A stretch of 64,000 nt of DNA from Eledone cirrhosa (lineage: Eukaryota): assembly GCA_964016885.1 (NCBI GenBank), contig OZ024764.1, forward strand, positions 28,706,001 to 28,770,000, read 5' to 3'. Below, one piece after another: positions 1 through 13,104 of the stretch. The number at the start of each line of letters is the position of its first letter. Within the stretch, counting starts at the first letter, position 1. The notes below the pieces were generated by a model, which worked only from the letters and a program-made list of their open reading frames with translations, had not been told where the DNA came from and did not search any database. A program made the position numbers and the translations under genes.

Positions 1-604
1 AGCTGCGATGCAGCGATCATCAAAGCAAACCCCAAAATGTAAACAAACTTCTCGCAGGTGCTGCCAGATACACGATAACATGTGTATACGAAGTGTAACA
101 GGGAGTTGGGTCGTATTATATGACTTTCAAATTGACCCCTATTATATTCAAATTATCCCCTGTGGGGCGTGCACCCCACGTTGAGAATCCCTCATAAATA
201 AATATATGTGAGTGTGTTGCTATGACTGCTATTTCTAGCAGGTTTACTGCAGTCCTGTAGACGCACAACAAAAACCGGAAGTGGCAGCCATTAAAAAACT
301 TTGGCTTAAAATCAGCCAAAAGATTTTCAATAATAGTAAAATTTTATTTTTGACAAGGACGATAACTTTTGTCTTACTTAATCGCAAAAATCGAGGCAAA
401 AATTTTGAGGGTGTGCAGTTTACACGCTAAAAATAAACCTGCTAGAAATAGCAGTCATAGCAACTCACTTACATATATTTATATATCATATATATATATA
501 TATGATATATATATTGACACTTTAGAAATAGCAGCGAATAACAGAAAGGACACACACACATATATATATATATACACACACACACATATATATATATGCC
601 CCAG

Positions 605-662
<58 letters not shown>

Positions 663-1560
663 TATATATATATGCCCCAGCATACACACACACACACACA
701 TATATATACATATATATATATATGCCCCAGCATGGTCTTGGACGATCGTCTAACTAAGGCCAATAATAAAATACTTCAAAATAAATTAAACACTACTAAA
801 TCCGGGGTTACAACTTGGATTACTTAAAAGTCAGTAAAGCTGTAAAGATTCTATATTGTAAATAGGTGGTCGCATGTTCGAATCCGGGCAAATCCCGAGA
901 AAAATAACAAAAAGAAGGACAATGTAAAAATAACAGCCATAGACGAGAGGAGGACACACACACAAACACACACATATACACACACATGTATATATATATA
1001 TATGTGTGTCTGTGTATGTGTTTGGCTGCTATATATATATATAGAGGTCAACACACACACACGTACATATATAAGTGTGTGTGTTTGGCTGATATATATA
1101 TATATATATATATATATGATATATAAATATATGTGAGTTGCTATGACTGCTATTTCTAGCAGGTTTATTTTAGCGTGTAAACTGCACACCCGCAAAATTT
1201 TTGCCTCGATTTTTGCGATTAAGTAAGACAAAAGTTATCGTCCTTGTCAAAAATGAAATTTTACTATTATTGAAAATCTTTTGGCTGATTTTAAGCCAAA
1301 GTTTTTTAATGGCTGCCACTTCCGGTTTTTGTTGTGCGTCTACAGGACTGCAGTAAACCTGCTAGAAATAGCAGTCATAGCAACGCACTCACATATTTTT
1401 ATTTATGAGGGATTCTCAACGTGGGGTGCACGCCCCACAGGGGATAATTTGAATATAATAGGGGTCAATTTGAAAGTCATATAATACGACCAAGCTTCCA
1501 GATACACTTCGTATACACATGTTATTTGAAGTTTGTTTTGATCATCGCTGCATCGCAGCT
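1..1560. repeat. Inverted repeat pair of a ~0.5-kb module (arms ~1-505 and ~1105-1560) around a CA/TA-microsatellite spacer
   Basis: The ORF track gives the same 67-aa translation at 116..319 (-) and 1281..1484 (+). Positions 1-30 are the near-perfect reverse complement of 1531-1560. Confidence 0.9.
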
Positions 1561-1741
1561 TTGTTTAAATATAGGGTTTCTACTTTATATTACAGTAATA
1601 AAAGTCTTACTTCGTCTACACATGTTATCGTGTATCCGGCAGCACCTATGGGCTGTTTGTTTATACTTTGGTGTTTATTTTGATCATCGCCTCATCGCAG
1701 GTTTGTTTAATTAAAGGTTGCGAGGGGGATCACTGATATAA

Positions 1742-1774
<33 letters not shown>

Positions 1775-1853
1775 ACGAAAAGACACACACATATATATAC
1801 ATACACGCAGACATACACCTGTGTGTATGTGCGTGTGTGCGTGTCTTTGGCTG

Positions 1854-1933
<80 letters not shown>

Positions 1934-2061
1934 TTCTCTCTGTGTATATATATACAGACACACACTGTTGTTTCTTGATTTTTAGCTGCTGTTTCTAAAG
2001 TGTCTATTAATATATGCTAGAAATAGCAGTCAAGGGAACATTTACGTATATATATGTAAGG

Positions 2062-2450
2062 ACAGTGACACCTGCTGCAACAGGCATCCAACCTCGTGGG
2101 ACTCCATCCTCAGACGGGCCACAGACACTGCGATGTTGCGGAGGAGCTCGGCTGTAATGGGTCCAAGTTGGCCCGGGGTCTCGACGGCGACTGGTGCTTA
2201 GAAGAGGCTCCAGGACAAACACCGGAATTTGTTTATTTTATGTTCATCTGCGAGACGGGCAGCGATGCTGGGGTTTGTGGATCTACCTCCTTCGAATGGG
2301 AAGAGGGTGATTCCCTCGGGGTGCTTGCCATCTCCGCGGCCTAGGCCTGCTGGTTCCAGTTGAGATGGAAATTCAGCTGCGTCCAGGCTTCTTCTCACTA
2401 TGTCGTTGAGAGCATTTATGTGGCTCACACACGCGGAGGCCAAGGCGTTG
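2062..2450 (-). mobile_element. 3' fragment of a CRE-like (RLE-bearing) non-LTR retrotransposon, family A, pseudogenised
   Basis: Minus-strand translation ...ALNDIVRRSLDAAEFPSQLEPAGLGRGDGKHPEGITLFPFEGGRS...ADEHKINKF...*APVAVETPGQLGP...LLQQVSL resembles the H-x2-LNDII / EPxGL / DGKRPDG / ExxKxxKY / PxAxET C-terminus of RLE elements. Confidence 0.7.
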
Positions 2451-3825
2451 GGCTACTCCGATGCGAGTTCAATCATCATCAAGAATTTATTTGAATTGAA
2501 AGGTCACTAAACTAATATAGGAGTGTCATTTAAAAATAAGGTAAACAGAAATAGTTACACCGGTAACATAATTACTGTTACACCGGTAGTTCACTAACAA
2601 TTCATTTCACGGTTGGGGAGTAACTGTAGTTTGGCTTGCTAGGGGGTCATACATCTTCATACACACACACACACATACTATCTATATATATACAAAGGAA
2701 AGGAAGATAAACAAATATCAGAGGATTTGACCGGCTTCTTCCTCTTGGCACCTGTAGCCACCATGACGTATAAGTATAAATACATATCTATCTATCTATA
2801 TATATATCATCATTTTCATTTTACGTCTGCTTTTCCCTGTTTGCAAGGGTGGGGCATATATATATATATCATCATCATTATACATCCACTTTTCCCCGCT
2901 TGGCAGCACCTACGAGAAGTTTGTTTTGATCATCGCTGCATCGTAGCTTTGTTTAAATAAAGGGTTTCTACTTTATATTACAGTAATAATACTTTCAGAA
3001 TACTCGGATTGTTTTTATATTAAAGGGGAACATAAACATATTTTAGAGGAGGGGTGTGGAACAGAAAAGTTTGGGGACCACTGATACACACACACATTTA
3101 TTTACTATATATATAATATATACATATATATATGTCTGTGTGTGTATACTATATATATATATATATATGTACAGGGAGGTCGAAGCATTTCAGAATTTTT
3201 CTAGGCGGCGGGGGGGTGGTGCAAATCCCCCTCTTTATATCAATTAGCACACACTCTCTCCCTCTCTATATCTACTACACGGCACTCTCTTCCAATACCC
3301 CTCTCTATATGAAGTAACACCAAACTCTCCCCCTCTCTATATATTAAGCACTAAGTCAGGAATTTTTTTCTTCTTTCGTGCAGAGAGAGTAAAGTTGATT
3401 AAATCTACTGCAGTGAATTACTGGTATTTTATTTAATAAAAATTAAAATTTACTATTTGTCTTCGTTTAATTTTCGTTTTTCTTTACATAGTTTCGTTTC
3501 GTTAAATGTCTCCAGAATTTGTTTTTACTTTTACCGGATATTGAAGGTGTAAACTTGGTGTTGTCTAGAAACGTGTTAGAAATATTTTTCTTTTAATTGT
3601 GAAGAATTTAACCGCAAAGTAAGTTTTTTTTACTGTTTATTTGTGGCTGGGACAACGTATGGTATGTGTTAATGTAAATGGTGAAGGTTTAAAGATTCTT
3701 TTTACAACTGAAAATCAGTTTGTTGTTGCTGCTAATTACTTAACGCATGGAATAGATTTAAAAAATACAGGATTGTTTCTCGGAAGAGAGAAAGAAGGAA
3801 CAAAACAAATCACAGAAGCGGGTAG

Positions 3826-4002
3826 CACACACATTTGGGACCACATACAACACAAAAACAGGTAATGCACACATCTGGGACCACATACAACACACCAGCA
3901 GGTAATACATACATCTAGGACCACATAAGCAGGTAATACACACATCTAGGACCACATACAACACACAAGCAGGTAATACACACATCTAGGACGACATACA
4001 AC
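3826..4002. repeat. ~40-bp minisatellite (cacacatctaggaccacatacaacacacaagcaggtaata), ~4.5 units; also at ~16612-16785 and ~31436-31610
   Basis: Direct tandem repeats visible, including one shortened unit. Confidence 0.85.
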
Positions 4003-4085
4003 CAAAGGCAGGCGAAGGGGGTGGACAAACGAGCTGCTACTAGAGCAAAAGATAACAGTATCGCGAGGAGCACTGGGAAACCTCT

Positions 4086-4291
4086 CTAATGATTTTTTAG
4101 GCAAGCCAGCACGTCTGCAGCGTTACCTCGGGCGATGGCGAGGCTGAGGAGCTGGAACAACCAAGTGCCCTCACGAGCTTCACCAGTCACCTTCGTCAGG
4201 CTAGCCGCCAGTGAAGATAGGAATCTCGCAGTCAGTATCCCGACTCCCCCAAACGCCTCAGGCTGGAAAATGTAGTTGGCCGACAGATCAC
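4086..4291 (-). mobile_element. 3' end fragment of a CRE-like non-LTR retrotransposon, family B
   Basis: Minus-strand translation DLSANYIFQPEAFG...RFLSSLAASLTKVTGEAREGTWLFQLLSLAIARGNAADVLACL* matches the terminal FLFQRLSxAIQRGNA motif of this group. Confidence 0.75.
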
Positions 4292-4327
4292 AGTATTACT
4301 TAACTGTGATAGATATTCTGTCTAAAG

Positions 4328-4372
4328 GAGGGGCGTGCAACAGGCGGCCCGCGGGCCACAATCGAGCCCACC
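4328..4372 (+). mobile_element. hAT-like DNA transposon left end; hAT-like right ends (ttggg(g/a)accactg) at 3070-3083, 15859-15872, 23831-23844 and 29788-29800
   Basis: aggggcgtgcaac...cggcccgcgggccac resembles the CAGGGGTG-CAAC...CGGCCCGCGGGCC termini of hAT MITEs. No partner end or TSD established. Confidence 0.4.
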
Positions 4373-4385
4373 TTAATACTTCTGT

Positions 4386-4960
4386 TAGTTGACCTATACT
4401 AAAGGACTTCACTGATAGGGTTATATGTGTTATAATTTCCCAGTTGACCTATACTAAAGGACTTCACTGATAGGGTTATATGTGTTATAGTTTCCCAGTT
4501 GACCTATACTAAAGGACTTCACTGATAGGGTTATATGTGTTATAGTTTCCCAGTTGACCTATACTAAAGGGCTTCACTGATAGAGTTATATGTGTTATAG
4601 TTTCCCAGAGGGCTTCACTGATAGGGTTATATGTGTTATAGTTTCCCAGTTGACCTATACTAAAGGACTTCACTGATAGGGTTATATGTGTTATAGTTTC
4701 CCAGTTGACCTATACTAAAGGGCTTCACTGATAGAGTTATATGTGTTATAGTTTCCCAGAGGGCTTCACTGATAGGGTTATATGTGTTATAGTTTCCCAG
4801 TTGACCTATACTAAAGGACTTCACTGATAGGGTTATATGTGTTATCGTTTCCCAGTTGACCTATACTAAAGGACTTCACTGATAGGGTTATATGTGTTAT
4901 AGTTTCCCAGTTGACCTATACTAAAGGGCTTCACTGATAGAGTTATATGTGTTATAGTTT
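4386..4960. repeat. 55-bp minisatellite (agttgacctatactaaaggacttcactgatagggttatatgtgttatagtttccc), ~11 units including two 41-bp deletion variants
   Basis: cagttgacct recurs at 4441, 4496 and 4551 (period 55). Confidence 0.95.
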
Positions 4961-5197
4961 GAAACAAACTACCTGCATCAGTTATTATACTTTTATAACA
5001 CCGCTATATTACCTACATGAAAGAGGTAAATATTTATTTCTCTTGTCTTCTTAAATGTATAGAACATTTTTCTTATATATATTCTTAACATAGCTAGGAC
5101 CGTTTATTATTTACTAGTCTCTACTCCTAGGACTTTGCTGGTCTCATGTCCCCTCCATCAACACGCACTCGGTAGAAAGCTGGTCGTCGGAGGTAAA

Positions 5198-5530
5198 GTG
5201 GCCCTGATTACAGGTCTAGTATTGAAGCCTTTCGGCTTGAGCCTTGCTGATGCCGACAGAGTTCCTGTGGTAGTTTTGGTAGCACAGGTGACATTTTATT
5301 GTGTTTAGGTACCGGCTAGTGCGGACACAGAGAGCACAACCAGGTGGTGAGCTGGCAACGACCGAGTGTAGAGGGCCAGCTTTGAAATTCGAGCGACGGA
5401 GTGAACTAGTAAAAGAGGCAGGGTAAGCAGCATTGGTTCTAACGGTGGGACTAGAACGGAGGTTGGGTGGTGCTGGGGGTGGGCTAACAGCTAACAGTTG
5501 TAGGAGTGGTGGGGGTTTGCTAGGATTAAT
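5198..5530 (-). pseudogene. Pro/Ser-rich linker followed by a degenerate PHD-type zinc finger
   Basis: Manual translation: ...PSKPPPLLQLLAVSPPPAPPNLRSSPTV...SSPPGCALCVRTSRYLNTIKCHLCYQNYHRNSVGISKAQAERLQY*TCNQG. This fits C4-H-C3 spacing with C>S, W>stop and C>G lesions. It is absent from the ORF track. Confidence 0.65.
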
Positions 5531-5532
5531 TT

Positions 5533-7885
5533 TTACATCTGTCTGTGAACTCTTGAAAAAGCAACATACAATTGTCCAGGGTTAAATACTTGCTCAGGGA
5601 GGAACAGACGCACTTTATGTATTTGACCATGGTTCTTGTTGATTGTCATGGCATATGACAGTCTTAATGGAAACTGGGGTCTTTCCAAAGTAAAAGGGAT
5701 GTTGGCACCACTGGGGGATAACTGCAGTCTTGGGATCAAAACACACCTGCCCATCAAAGGACCATAGATATGAGAAGCTTTGATAAAATGTTTATGCAGT
5801 TCTACTACTTCTAATCTTGTGCCATTACATAATCTGTTCTGGATTGAAATATTCCATAGAAGCATTATTATTGATCCTGCTTATAATTGGAGTTTGTGAG
5901 GCGGCATCCCAGAAGGTGTAAGCAAGTTCATTTAGCTTGAACCAGGCAGCAAGGGTCCCTGCATTTCTACCACAACCTGAGCATTGCCTCTTTGAAAGTA
6001 AACTCTGTTTGTTCTCCAGGTGTGTGGCTAGGCTGTATACTGTATGTGATGTACCATGAAGCTTAAATTCCGAGAGACACGACACTGCTTCTGGCTGAGA
6101 CACATACCTGCAACAAAGATAGGTTCTTATTTCATCATGGTTGTGTTGGTTCTGAGCCTCATTAGGTAATGCATTATTCGTTACTTCTATAGATGTACAA
6201 TCATGCCCCATGTAACATATTTAAAGAGGTACTTGACACTTTTTACAGAAGCGCAAACTTCAACATTAATATGTGCACAATATTTCTTAATCAAAAAGGC
6301 ATTAAATGGCACAACATTCCTGTTATCTACTGAATGTCATCCAATTTACACTGCAGTTCCTGTCTTGCACCTCCTGTACTCTGGGTATCCATTTAGGTTC
6401 AATAATGTTTCCCTTCTGTAGGTTTTTGGATAGTTTTTTTTGAAAAATCCATTTTGTATAAATGGGGGAAAAGGGTTTCCAGAACCACATGGCCTGTGGA
6501 TCATAAACTTTTAAACCTGCTCATGTAGTACTGGATCATCTTCCAATGCAGGTATTTCTGCTGACACGATTCTGTCAATGTCTTCTCTGTTTCATATCTT
6601 GTCTTCATTTTTTAAGGCTCAGTGTTATCATCTGTTTAGATAATTCATTAAACCATTATACTCATCCACTCACAATTGGGCTTGATTGTTCCTCAAATAT
6701 AGAAGCCTGCATCCCTCTACTTTCATATAGGCATCCACTAAATACTGCTAAAATAATTTACCTGCCCTATATATCGCACTAAATCCTCCTCTATATGCTA
6801 TACTGTATATGTAATACTCCTGCATTGTCAGTCTATTGCAAACACAGGTCCTGCATTCCTCTCCATGTCACTATGCCACCAAAATTCACCATTATGGGTC
6901 AGTCATGAGGTCCAAGTGGCATGAATTATGTGATATTTTCTGAGGAGGATGGTCTTTAGGAAAGATGATAATATCTCTTTGTACAGGTGGTCTGCCCTCA
7001 ATCCCCCACAAAACAACAGCTATCATTACTTGTTGGTAAATTATAGCAGCTCATATCTGATCCTCTTCTAAATCTTAATTTACAGTTCTGTACACGACAA
7101 TTTTCTCTTCTTGCACTTTGCTGTTTGATGCCATGCATTGTATTGTACAATTCGACATATGGATTACATTCATGCAACACCTCTCTTATCATAGCCATTT
7201 TTTGTGGTGAGCACTCATTATTTGTTGGGACTAGGGCGGTGGATTGGCAGTATCGGTAGAGCGTCAGACACCATGCTTTGCAGCATAGGGTTATGGCCCT
7301 TTACGTTCTGGGTTCAAATCCCTCCAAGGTTGACTTTGTTTTCATCCTTATGAGGTCGATAGAATAAAGTACCAGTAATTGCTGGCCTTGTGCCAGAAAC
7401 AATTATTTGGTCGTACTTCCAATCTGTGCTACACACCTTCGTTCCCATCAATAATATATAACTGGCCATATTGTGGTGTATTTTCTGCAGGTTACAGAGG
7501 TGGGGGTGTAGTGATATGTTTGACCCTGAATATGAAAGCTATACGGGCCTCTGCCGGGTGGTAACACCAAATGAAGTGAAATAAATGTAGTTTTAATTGC
7601 AGATGTTTCTGTGAAATCAACTGCTTCCTGGCCTCTTTCAAAGAGATTTCTCAGTCTCTCGGGGTATATTTGCAATGGAGGCAACACAACCTTTCCTTTA
7701 TTACAACAGTTACAATTTTCATTTCTAAATTTCAAAGCTTCACAGTGATCACACGAAACATTCATATCACTAATATTAAATTCTTCTAGATTTCCATTAA
7801 TATTAATTGTTGGCCAATTTCTCTTATGACGCTCATTATCCATTCTTCTCTGTCTGAATGTTTTCCATTCTAAGTCTATTTGCAT
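5533..7885 (-). mobile_element. Helitron RepHel pseudogene, internally deleted (copy 1)
   Basis: N-terminal Zn finger CDHCEALKF..E..CCNKGKV; GRGPYSFHIQGQTYH; YNLPT; Rep-region IDRIVSAEIP..MIHRPCG and VDNRNVVPFN..HINVEVCASVKSVKYLFKY; Pif1 C-terminus LCNGTRL..QFPLRLSYAMTINK..GQLYVAFSRV. Many stops and frameshifts. Confidence 0.92.
7234..7408 (+). mobile_element. tRNA-derived SINE inserted in the Helitron; same insertion at 22447-22620, 34973-35146 and 61421-61594
   Basis: A-box-like tggcagtatcgg, B-box-like ggttcaaatcc, and core gactttgttttcatccttatgaggtcgatagaataaagtaccag resembling octopus SINEs. attatttg occurs on both sides (possible TSD). Confidence 0.8.
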
Positions 7886-8100
7886 GGAATAATTATATTC
7901 TGTTGTTTATTATGTAATTAAATAGCTCTGTACAATACATAGAGCATTCTTCTTTTCTTTACCTTTTCTATAGAAATACAAGAACAAACATATATATATA
8001 TATATGTATATATATACATAAACAAGACTGTTATTACTCCAACCAGTCTATTTACCTTTGATTACTATCCTAAATATAAATACACCTATACCGTACATAC

Positions 8101-8717
8101 GTCCATACATGCTAGAAATAGCAGTCAAATACACCAAACAAACTGCACAGCCGCAAAATTTTTGCCTCGATTTTTGCGATTAAGTCAGACAAGAGTTATC
8201 TTTCTTGGCAAATTGTTAAAAAACTTTTGCCTGATTTTAAGCCAAAGTTTTTTAATGGCTGCCACTTCCGGTTTTTGTTGTGCGTCTACAGGACTGCAGT
8301 AAACCTGCTAGAAATAGCAGTCATAGCAACACACTCACATATATTTATTTATGAGGGATTCTCAACGTGGGGTGCACGCCCCACAGGGGATAATTTGAAT
8401 ATAATAGGGGTCAATTTGAAAGTGATATAATACGACCCAACTCCCTGTTACACTTCGTATACACATGTTATCGTGTATCTGGCCGCACCTACGAGAGGTT
8501 TGTTTACACTTTGAAGTTTGTTTTGATCATCGCTGCCACGCAGCTTTGTTTAAATAAAGGGTTTCTACTTTATATTACAGTAATAAAAGTTTTACTTCGT
8601 CTACACATGTTATCGTGTATCCGGCAGCACCTATGTGCTGTTTGTTTACACTTTGGTGTTTATTTTGATCATCGCCTCATCGCAGGTTTGTTTAATTAAA
8701 GGTTGCGAGGGGGATCA

Positions 8718-8772
<55 letters not shown>

Positions 8773-8855
8773 CGAAAAGACACACACATATATATACATA
8801 CACGCAGACATACACCTGTGTGTATGTGTATGTGCGTGTGTGCGTGTCTTTGGCT

Positions 8856-8922
<67 letters not shown>

Positions 8923-9700
8923 GTGTATATATATACAGACACACACTGTTGTTTCTTGATTTTTAGCTGCTGTTTCTAAAGTGTCTATTAATATATGCTA
9001 GAAATAGCAGTCAAGGGAACATTTACGTATATATATGTAAGGACAGTGACACCTGCTGCAACAGGCATCCAACCTCGTGGGACTCCATCCTCAGACGGGC
9101 CACAGACACTGCGATGTTGCGGAGGAGCTCGGCTGTAATGGGTCCAAGTTGGCCCGGGGTCTCGACGGCGGCTGGTGCTTAGAAGAGGCTCCAGGACAAA
9201 CACCGGAATTTGTTTATTTTATGTTCATCTGCGAGACGGGCAGCGATGCTGGGGTTTGTGGATCTACCTCCTTCGAATGGGAAGAGGGTGATTCCCTCGG
9301 GGTGCTTGCCATCTCCGCGGCCTAGGCCTGCTGACTCCAGTTGAGATGGAAATTCAGCTGCGTCCAGGCTTCTTCTCACTATGTCGTTGAGAGCATTTAT
9401 GTGGCTCACACACGCGGAGGCCAAGGCGTTGGGCTACTCCGATGCGAGTTCAATCATCATCAAGAATTTATTTGAATTGAAAGGTCACTAAACTAATATA
9501 GGAGTGTCATTTAAAAATAAGGTAAACAGAAATAGTTACACCGGTAACATAATTACTGTTACACCGGTAGTTCACTAACAAATCATTTCACGTTTGTCTC
9601 TAACAGGTAATGTTTTAATTTGCTATCCATGTTGGGGAGTAACTGTAGTTTGGCTTGCTAGGGGTCATACATCTTCATACACACACACACATACTATATA
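8101..9700 (+). repeat. Segmental duplicate of ~1190-2690 (module arm, (CT)n, and CRE-like fragment A at 9043-9431)
   Basis: Near-identical ORF translations at an offset of ~6981 (e.g. 2198..2443 vs 9179..9424). Confidence 0.9.
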
Positions 9701-10005
9701 TATATACATATATATAATTATATGTAAAGTCAGCTCCGTATTTAGGACAAATGAAGCATGTTCTAGTTATGAGGCCCCTTTCTTTGGCTCAGTAGGATGT
9801 AGGCTTGTTAAAATAATTCTTTTGGTAGGAAGATGGGCCCTCCTGTGTAGATTCCTTCCTTAATATTTCAGATAGGAGGGACCGTTTCTGTCTTCCTTTA
9901 GTTGTTCATTCCTTATTTTCAGTAATGTCCTTTCCGACCATAATTATGTCGGCGATGTAAGCATAAGTCTAATTTATTCTTTAATGAAGGGTAGATCCTT
10001 CGATA

Positions 10006-10230
10006 GTGGAGGCCCGTGGTCTTACGATCATATGTGTATTCGATTCCTGGACCGTGTTGTTAGTTGTTTTACTTGAGCAAAAACTTAATTTCACATAGGT
10101 GGGGGGTTAACCCTGCGATGGACTGACATCATGTCCAGGGGGAAGTCATGTACTCTCAGTCCCTTTACGCTAGAGGAACTGGGACAGGCACCTGCTTGAT
10201 AAGTCTCCAGGCTTGAGCTGACTTTACACT
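10006..10230 (+). mobile_element. Degenerate SINE with a Meta/V-type central domain
   Basis: ttcgattcctggacc (B-box-like), cttgagcaa..actt, then ggggttaaccctgcgatggactgacatcatgtccagggg. Confidence 0.55.
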
Positions 10231-10573
10231 TTGGAAATCCTTAGATATTCTTCTTGGTGATATATTTGTTAGCTTTGACTTTAATTCATCTGTTTACACC
10301 ACTAATAATTCATAGATAGAAAAACGTTTGTGGCTTTAGTACACCTTTAGGCTTTAATTTCAATTACTGACTATGTCTAACGAAGTAATAACTGGAGCGA
10401 CTAAACCAGGGTTTCCTAACCTGGTGATATCAACCACCGGTGGCCGATTTCAACTTGGTCGCTTCGGCCACAAACCCGGGTACCGCGGCCCACGAAGGAA
10501 AGGAAGATAAACAAATATCAGAGGATTGTCCGGCTTCTTCCTCTTGGCACCTGTAGCCACCATGACGTATAAG

Positions 10574-10620
<47 letters not shown>

Positions 10621-10699
10621 CTATCTATCTATCTATATATATATCATCATTTTCATTTTACGTCTGCTTTTCCCTGTTTGCAAGGGTGGGACATATATA

Positions 10700-12890
10700 T
10701 ATATCATCATCATTATACATCCACTTTTCCCTGCTTATAAGGGTGGGACAGATCCTCTTCAGCGCAGCATCTCTCCTTCATCATCTCCTCTGAGCTTCAA
10801 CGATCTGAGGTCAGCTCTCACTACCTCTGCCCATATCTTCCTTGGTCTTCCTCTACTGCATATTCCTCCCACTGGGATTACTTGGCACTTCTTCACCCTG
10901 CGGTAATCCTGCATACGCATCGCATGGCCATACCAACGCAGTCTTTTCTCCCGCACACTGCAGTTTATCCTTCTTATAGAGTTTCACTCTCAACTCGTCC
11001 ATGCTTCGTCTTTCACGCACATTGACATTGCACATCCAATGGAGCATGCTTGCTTCATTTCTCTTCAGCCTTCGCATATCCTCTGCAGTTGCTGCCCATG
11101 TCTCACTACCATGCAACATTGTGCATCTCACACAGGCATCAAACAACCAACCTTTTGTATGCAGGGAGAAACCCTCTTTGTCACCAGAGGAGGCAGCTCC
11201 CTAAACTTCTTCCAGCCCGTCCTTATTCTAGATACTATGGCCTCGGAACACCCCCCCCCCCCCCTCCCATACTAATCTGATCACCTAGGTACTGAAGCTA
11301 TCAACCACTTTTATAGAACCAACTTGCATTTGAAAAATGTGTCTATCAATGCGACTTCTACTGTCAAATTTCCCTGTACATCTACTGCAAACGTAGTTTT
11401 CCCTACCTGTTAGTTTGCCTACTATCCCACTACATCTCGTGTGTACCCAAGATCTGCATTGTGTACATTTTATAGAATGTATGCCAGTTCCTTTTCTGCA
11501 TATCGAACATGGCCATCAGAGTTTTGTCCTTTTTTCTACTTATCAACACTTTTGTTTTAGCTGGGTTCACTCTCAGTCCTCTTAATTCCAACTGCTGTTT
11601 CCATAGCCAGAATTTATTCTCTAGCTCCTCTACTGATTCTGCTATAAAAACCAGATTGTCAGTATAGAGAAGTTCCCATGGGCAGCTAGTCTTAAACTCC
11701 TCTGTTATGGCTTGGAGGACTATAATGAAGAAGAGCGGGCTGAGGACCGAACTCTGATGGACTCCTCCTTGTATCTGGAATTCCTCACTAAACTCCATTC
11801 CTACCCTCACTTTACAGACAGTACCTCTGTACAAAGCTTGTACTGTCCTCACAAGCCATTCCTCAACACCTAGTTTCCTTAGGGATCACCAGATGACAGA
11901 CTGGGGTACACTATCAAAGGCTTTCTCTAGGTCAACAAAAGCTAAGTATAATGGCTTATTCTTCTCTAAGAAGAGGGCATCGGTTGTACTTTTCCCAGGC
12001 ACAAAACCAAACTGCATCTCATCTAGTTTGACTCTTTCTCTAATTAGTTGCTCTAATATCCTTTCTGCCACTTTCATAACTTGATCCATCAGTTTTCTGC
12101 CTCTATAATTGATCCTCTCCAGAGCATCCCCTTTACCTTTGTAGCAATTTATGAGAATACTGCTGCACCAGTCTTTGGGTATGACTCCGCCATATATAGC
12201 TTGATTGATTATGCTTGCAACCAGTTTAGTACCTACTTCTCCTCATGCCTTCAGCATCTCAGCAACTATCCCTGATGGTCCAGCTGCCTTACCATTTTTC
12301 CTTTCTTTAATTGCCTCTTTGACCCTATAGTCAACAATCTCAATAGCTGGTCCCTCTGTTCGGTCAAATGTGGGTAGTTTCTCTCTCTCCCATTCATTCT
12401 CTACATTCATCAGCCTCTCATAATGGCATTTCCAGGCCTCCTTTTTCTGATCATTATTGACACTGAGTACACCAGCATCATTCCGGACACATTTATCTCC
12501 AACAACATCCCGATTTACACTGACACACTGGCTTGCAATGCGGAACACCGCACGTCTTTGATCTTCCCGTCACAGAACATTGGCAACCCTCCTATTCTCA
12601 GCCTCCCTGCGTGCTAAGTACACCTGACGTCTAGCTTCTTTCTTAGCGGCTGTGCATCGGTCTCTACTCCCACCATTTATCCAAGTGTTCCATGCTAGTC
12701 TTTTGTCTCTAATGGCCTTATCTACCGTGTTGTCCCACCACCAGGTCACTCTCTGTCTGGTCGGAGCTCTGCTCCAGCCACAAGTGTCTTCAGCAGCCTG
12801 CAGTAAGTTGTCACATAAGAAATTCCAGTTATTATCTATGTCATACGATTCTAAAACGGCTTCTTTCTCGTCATACACATCTTGAAGGGC
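10700..12890 (-). mobile_element. RTE-clade LINE, 5'-truncated reverse-transcriptase pseudogene
   Basis: WWWDNTVDKAI, KNGKAAGPSGIVAEMLKA, QFGFVPGKSTTDA, AFVDLEKAFD, GVHQSSVLSPL, LLYTDNL (degenerate YADD), MLHGSETW, RLRWYGH, RGRPRKIW; (ATG)n-type 3' tail; frameshifted. Confidence 0.92.
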
Positions 12891-13104
12891 TTAACCCCTT
12901 AGCATTAAAACCAGCTGTAACCGGCCAGAATTCTCTCACCTCTTTCTGTTCAAACCAGCCCTAATTAACCACTCATACTGATGTTAAAGTATTGTTCTGA
13001 AAATAAATAATATCGAAATCTCATAGATTCGATATTATGTGAGATAAAGCCGTTACTGAAAATACAATAGTATATATAGAGTAATGTGAATGCTAAAGGG
13101 GTAA
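12891..13104. mobile_element. piggyBac-like MITE (~210 bp) at the RTE 5' break
   Basis: Left ttaa-ccccttagcatt and right aatgctaaaggg-gtaa form ~12-bp TIRs starting CCC, with a TTAA-like TSD (one mismatch). Confidence 0.7.

Noticed and set aside
116-319. 67-aa ORF 'MADFKPKFF...' conserved in several copies
   Set aside because: TTG start, no recognisable domain, and identity is explained by recent duplication of the module.
441-453. Recurrent gctagaaatagca, identical to 13 nt of the engineered SpCas9 sgRNA tetraloop
   Set aside because: Flanks do not match the scaffold (no gttttaga or agttaaaataagg). It is a short motif of the local repeat module, so the match is coincidental.
369-827. Y/I/T/H-rich ORFs in TA/CA tracts (many similar across the window)
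   Set aside because: Translations of dinucleotide microsatellites.
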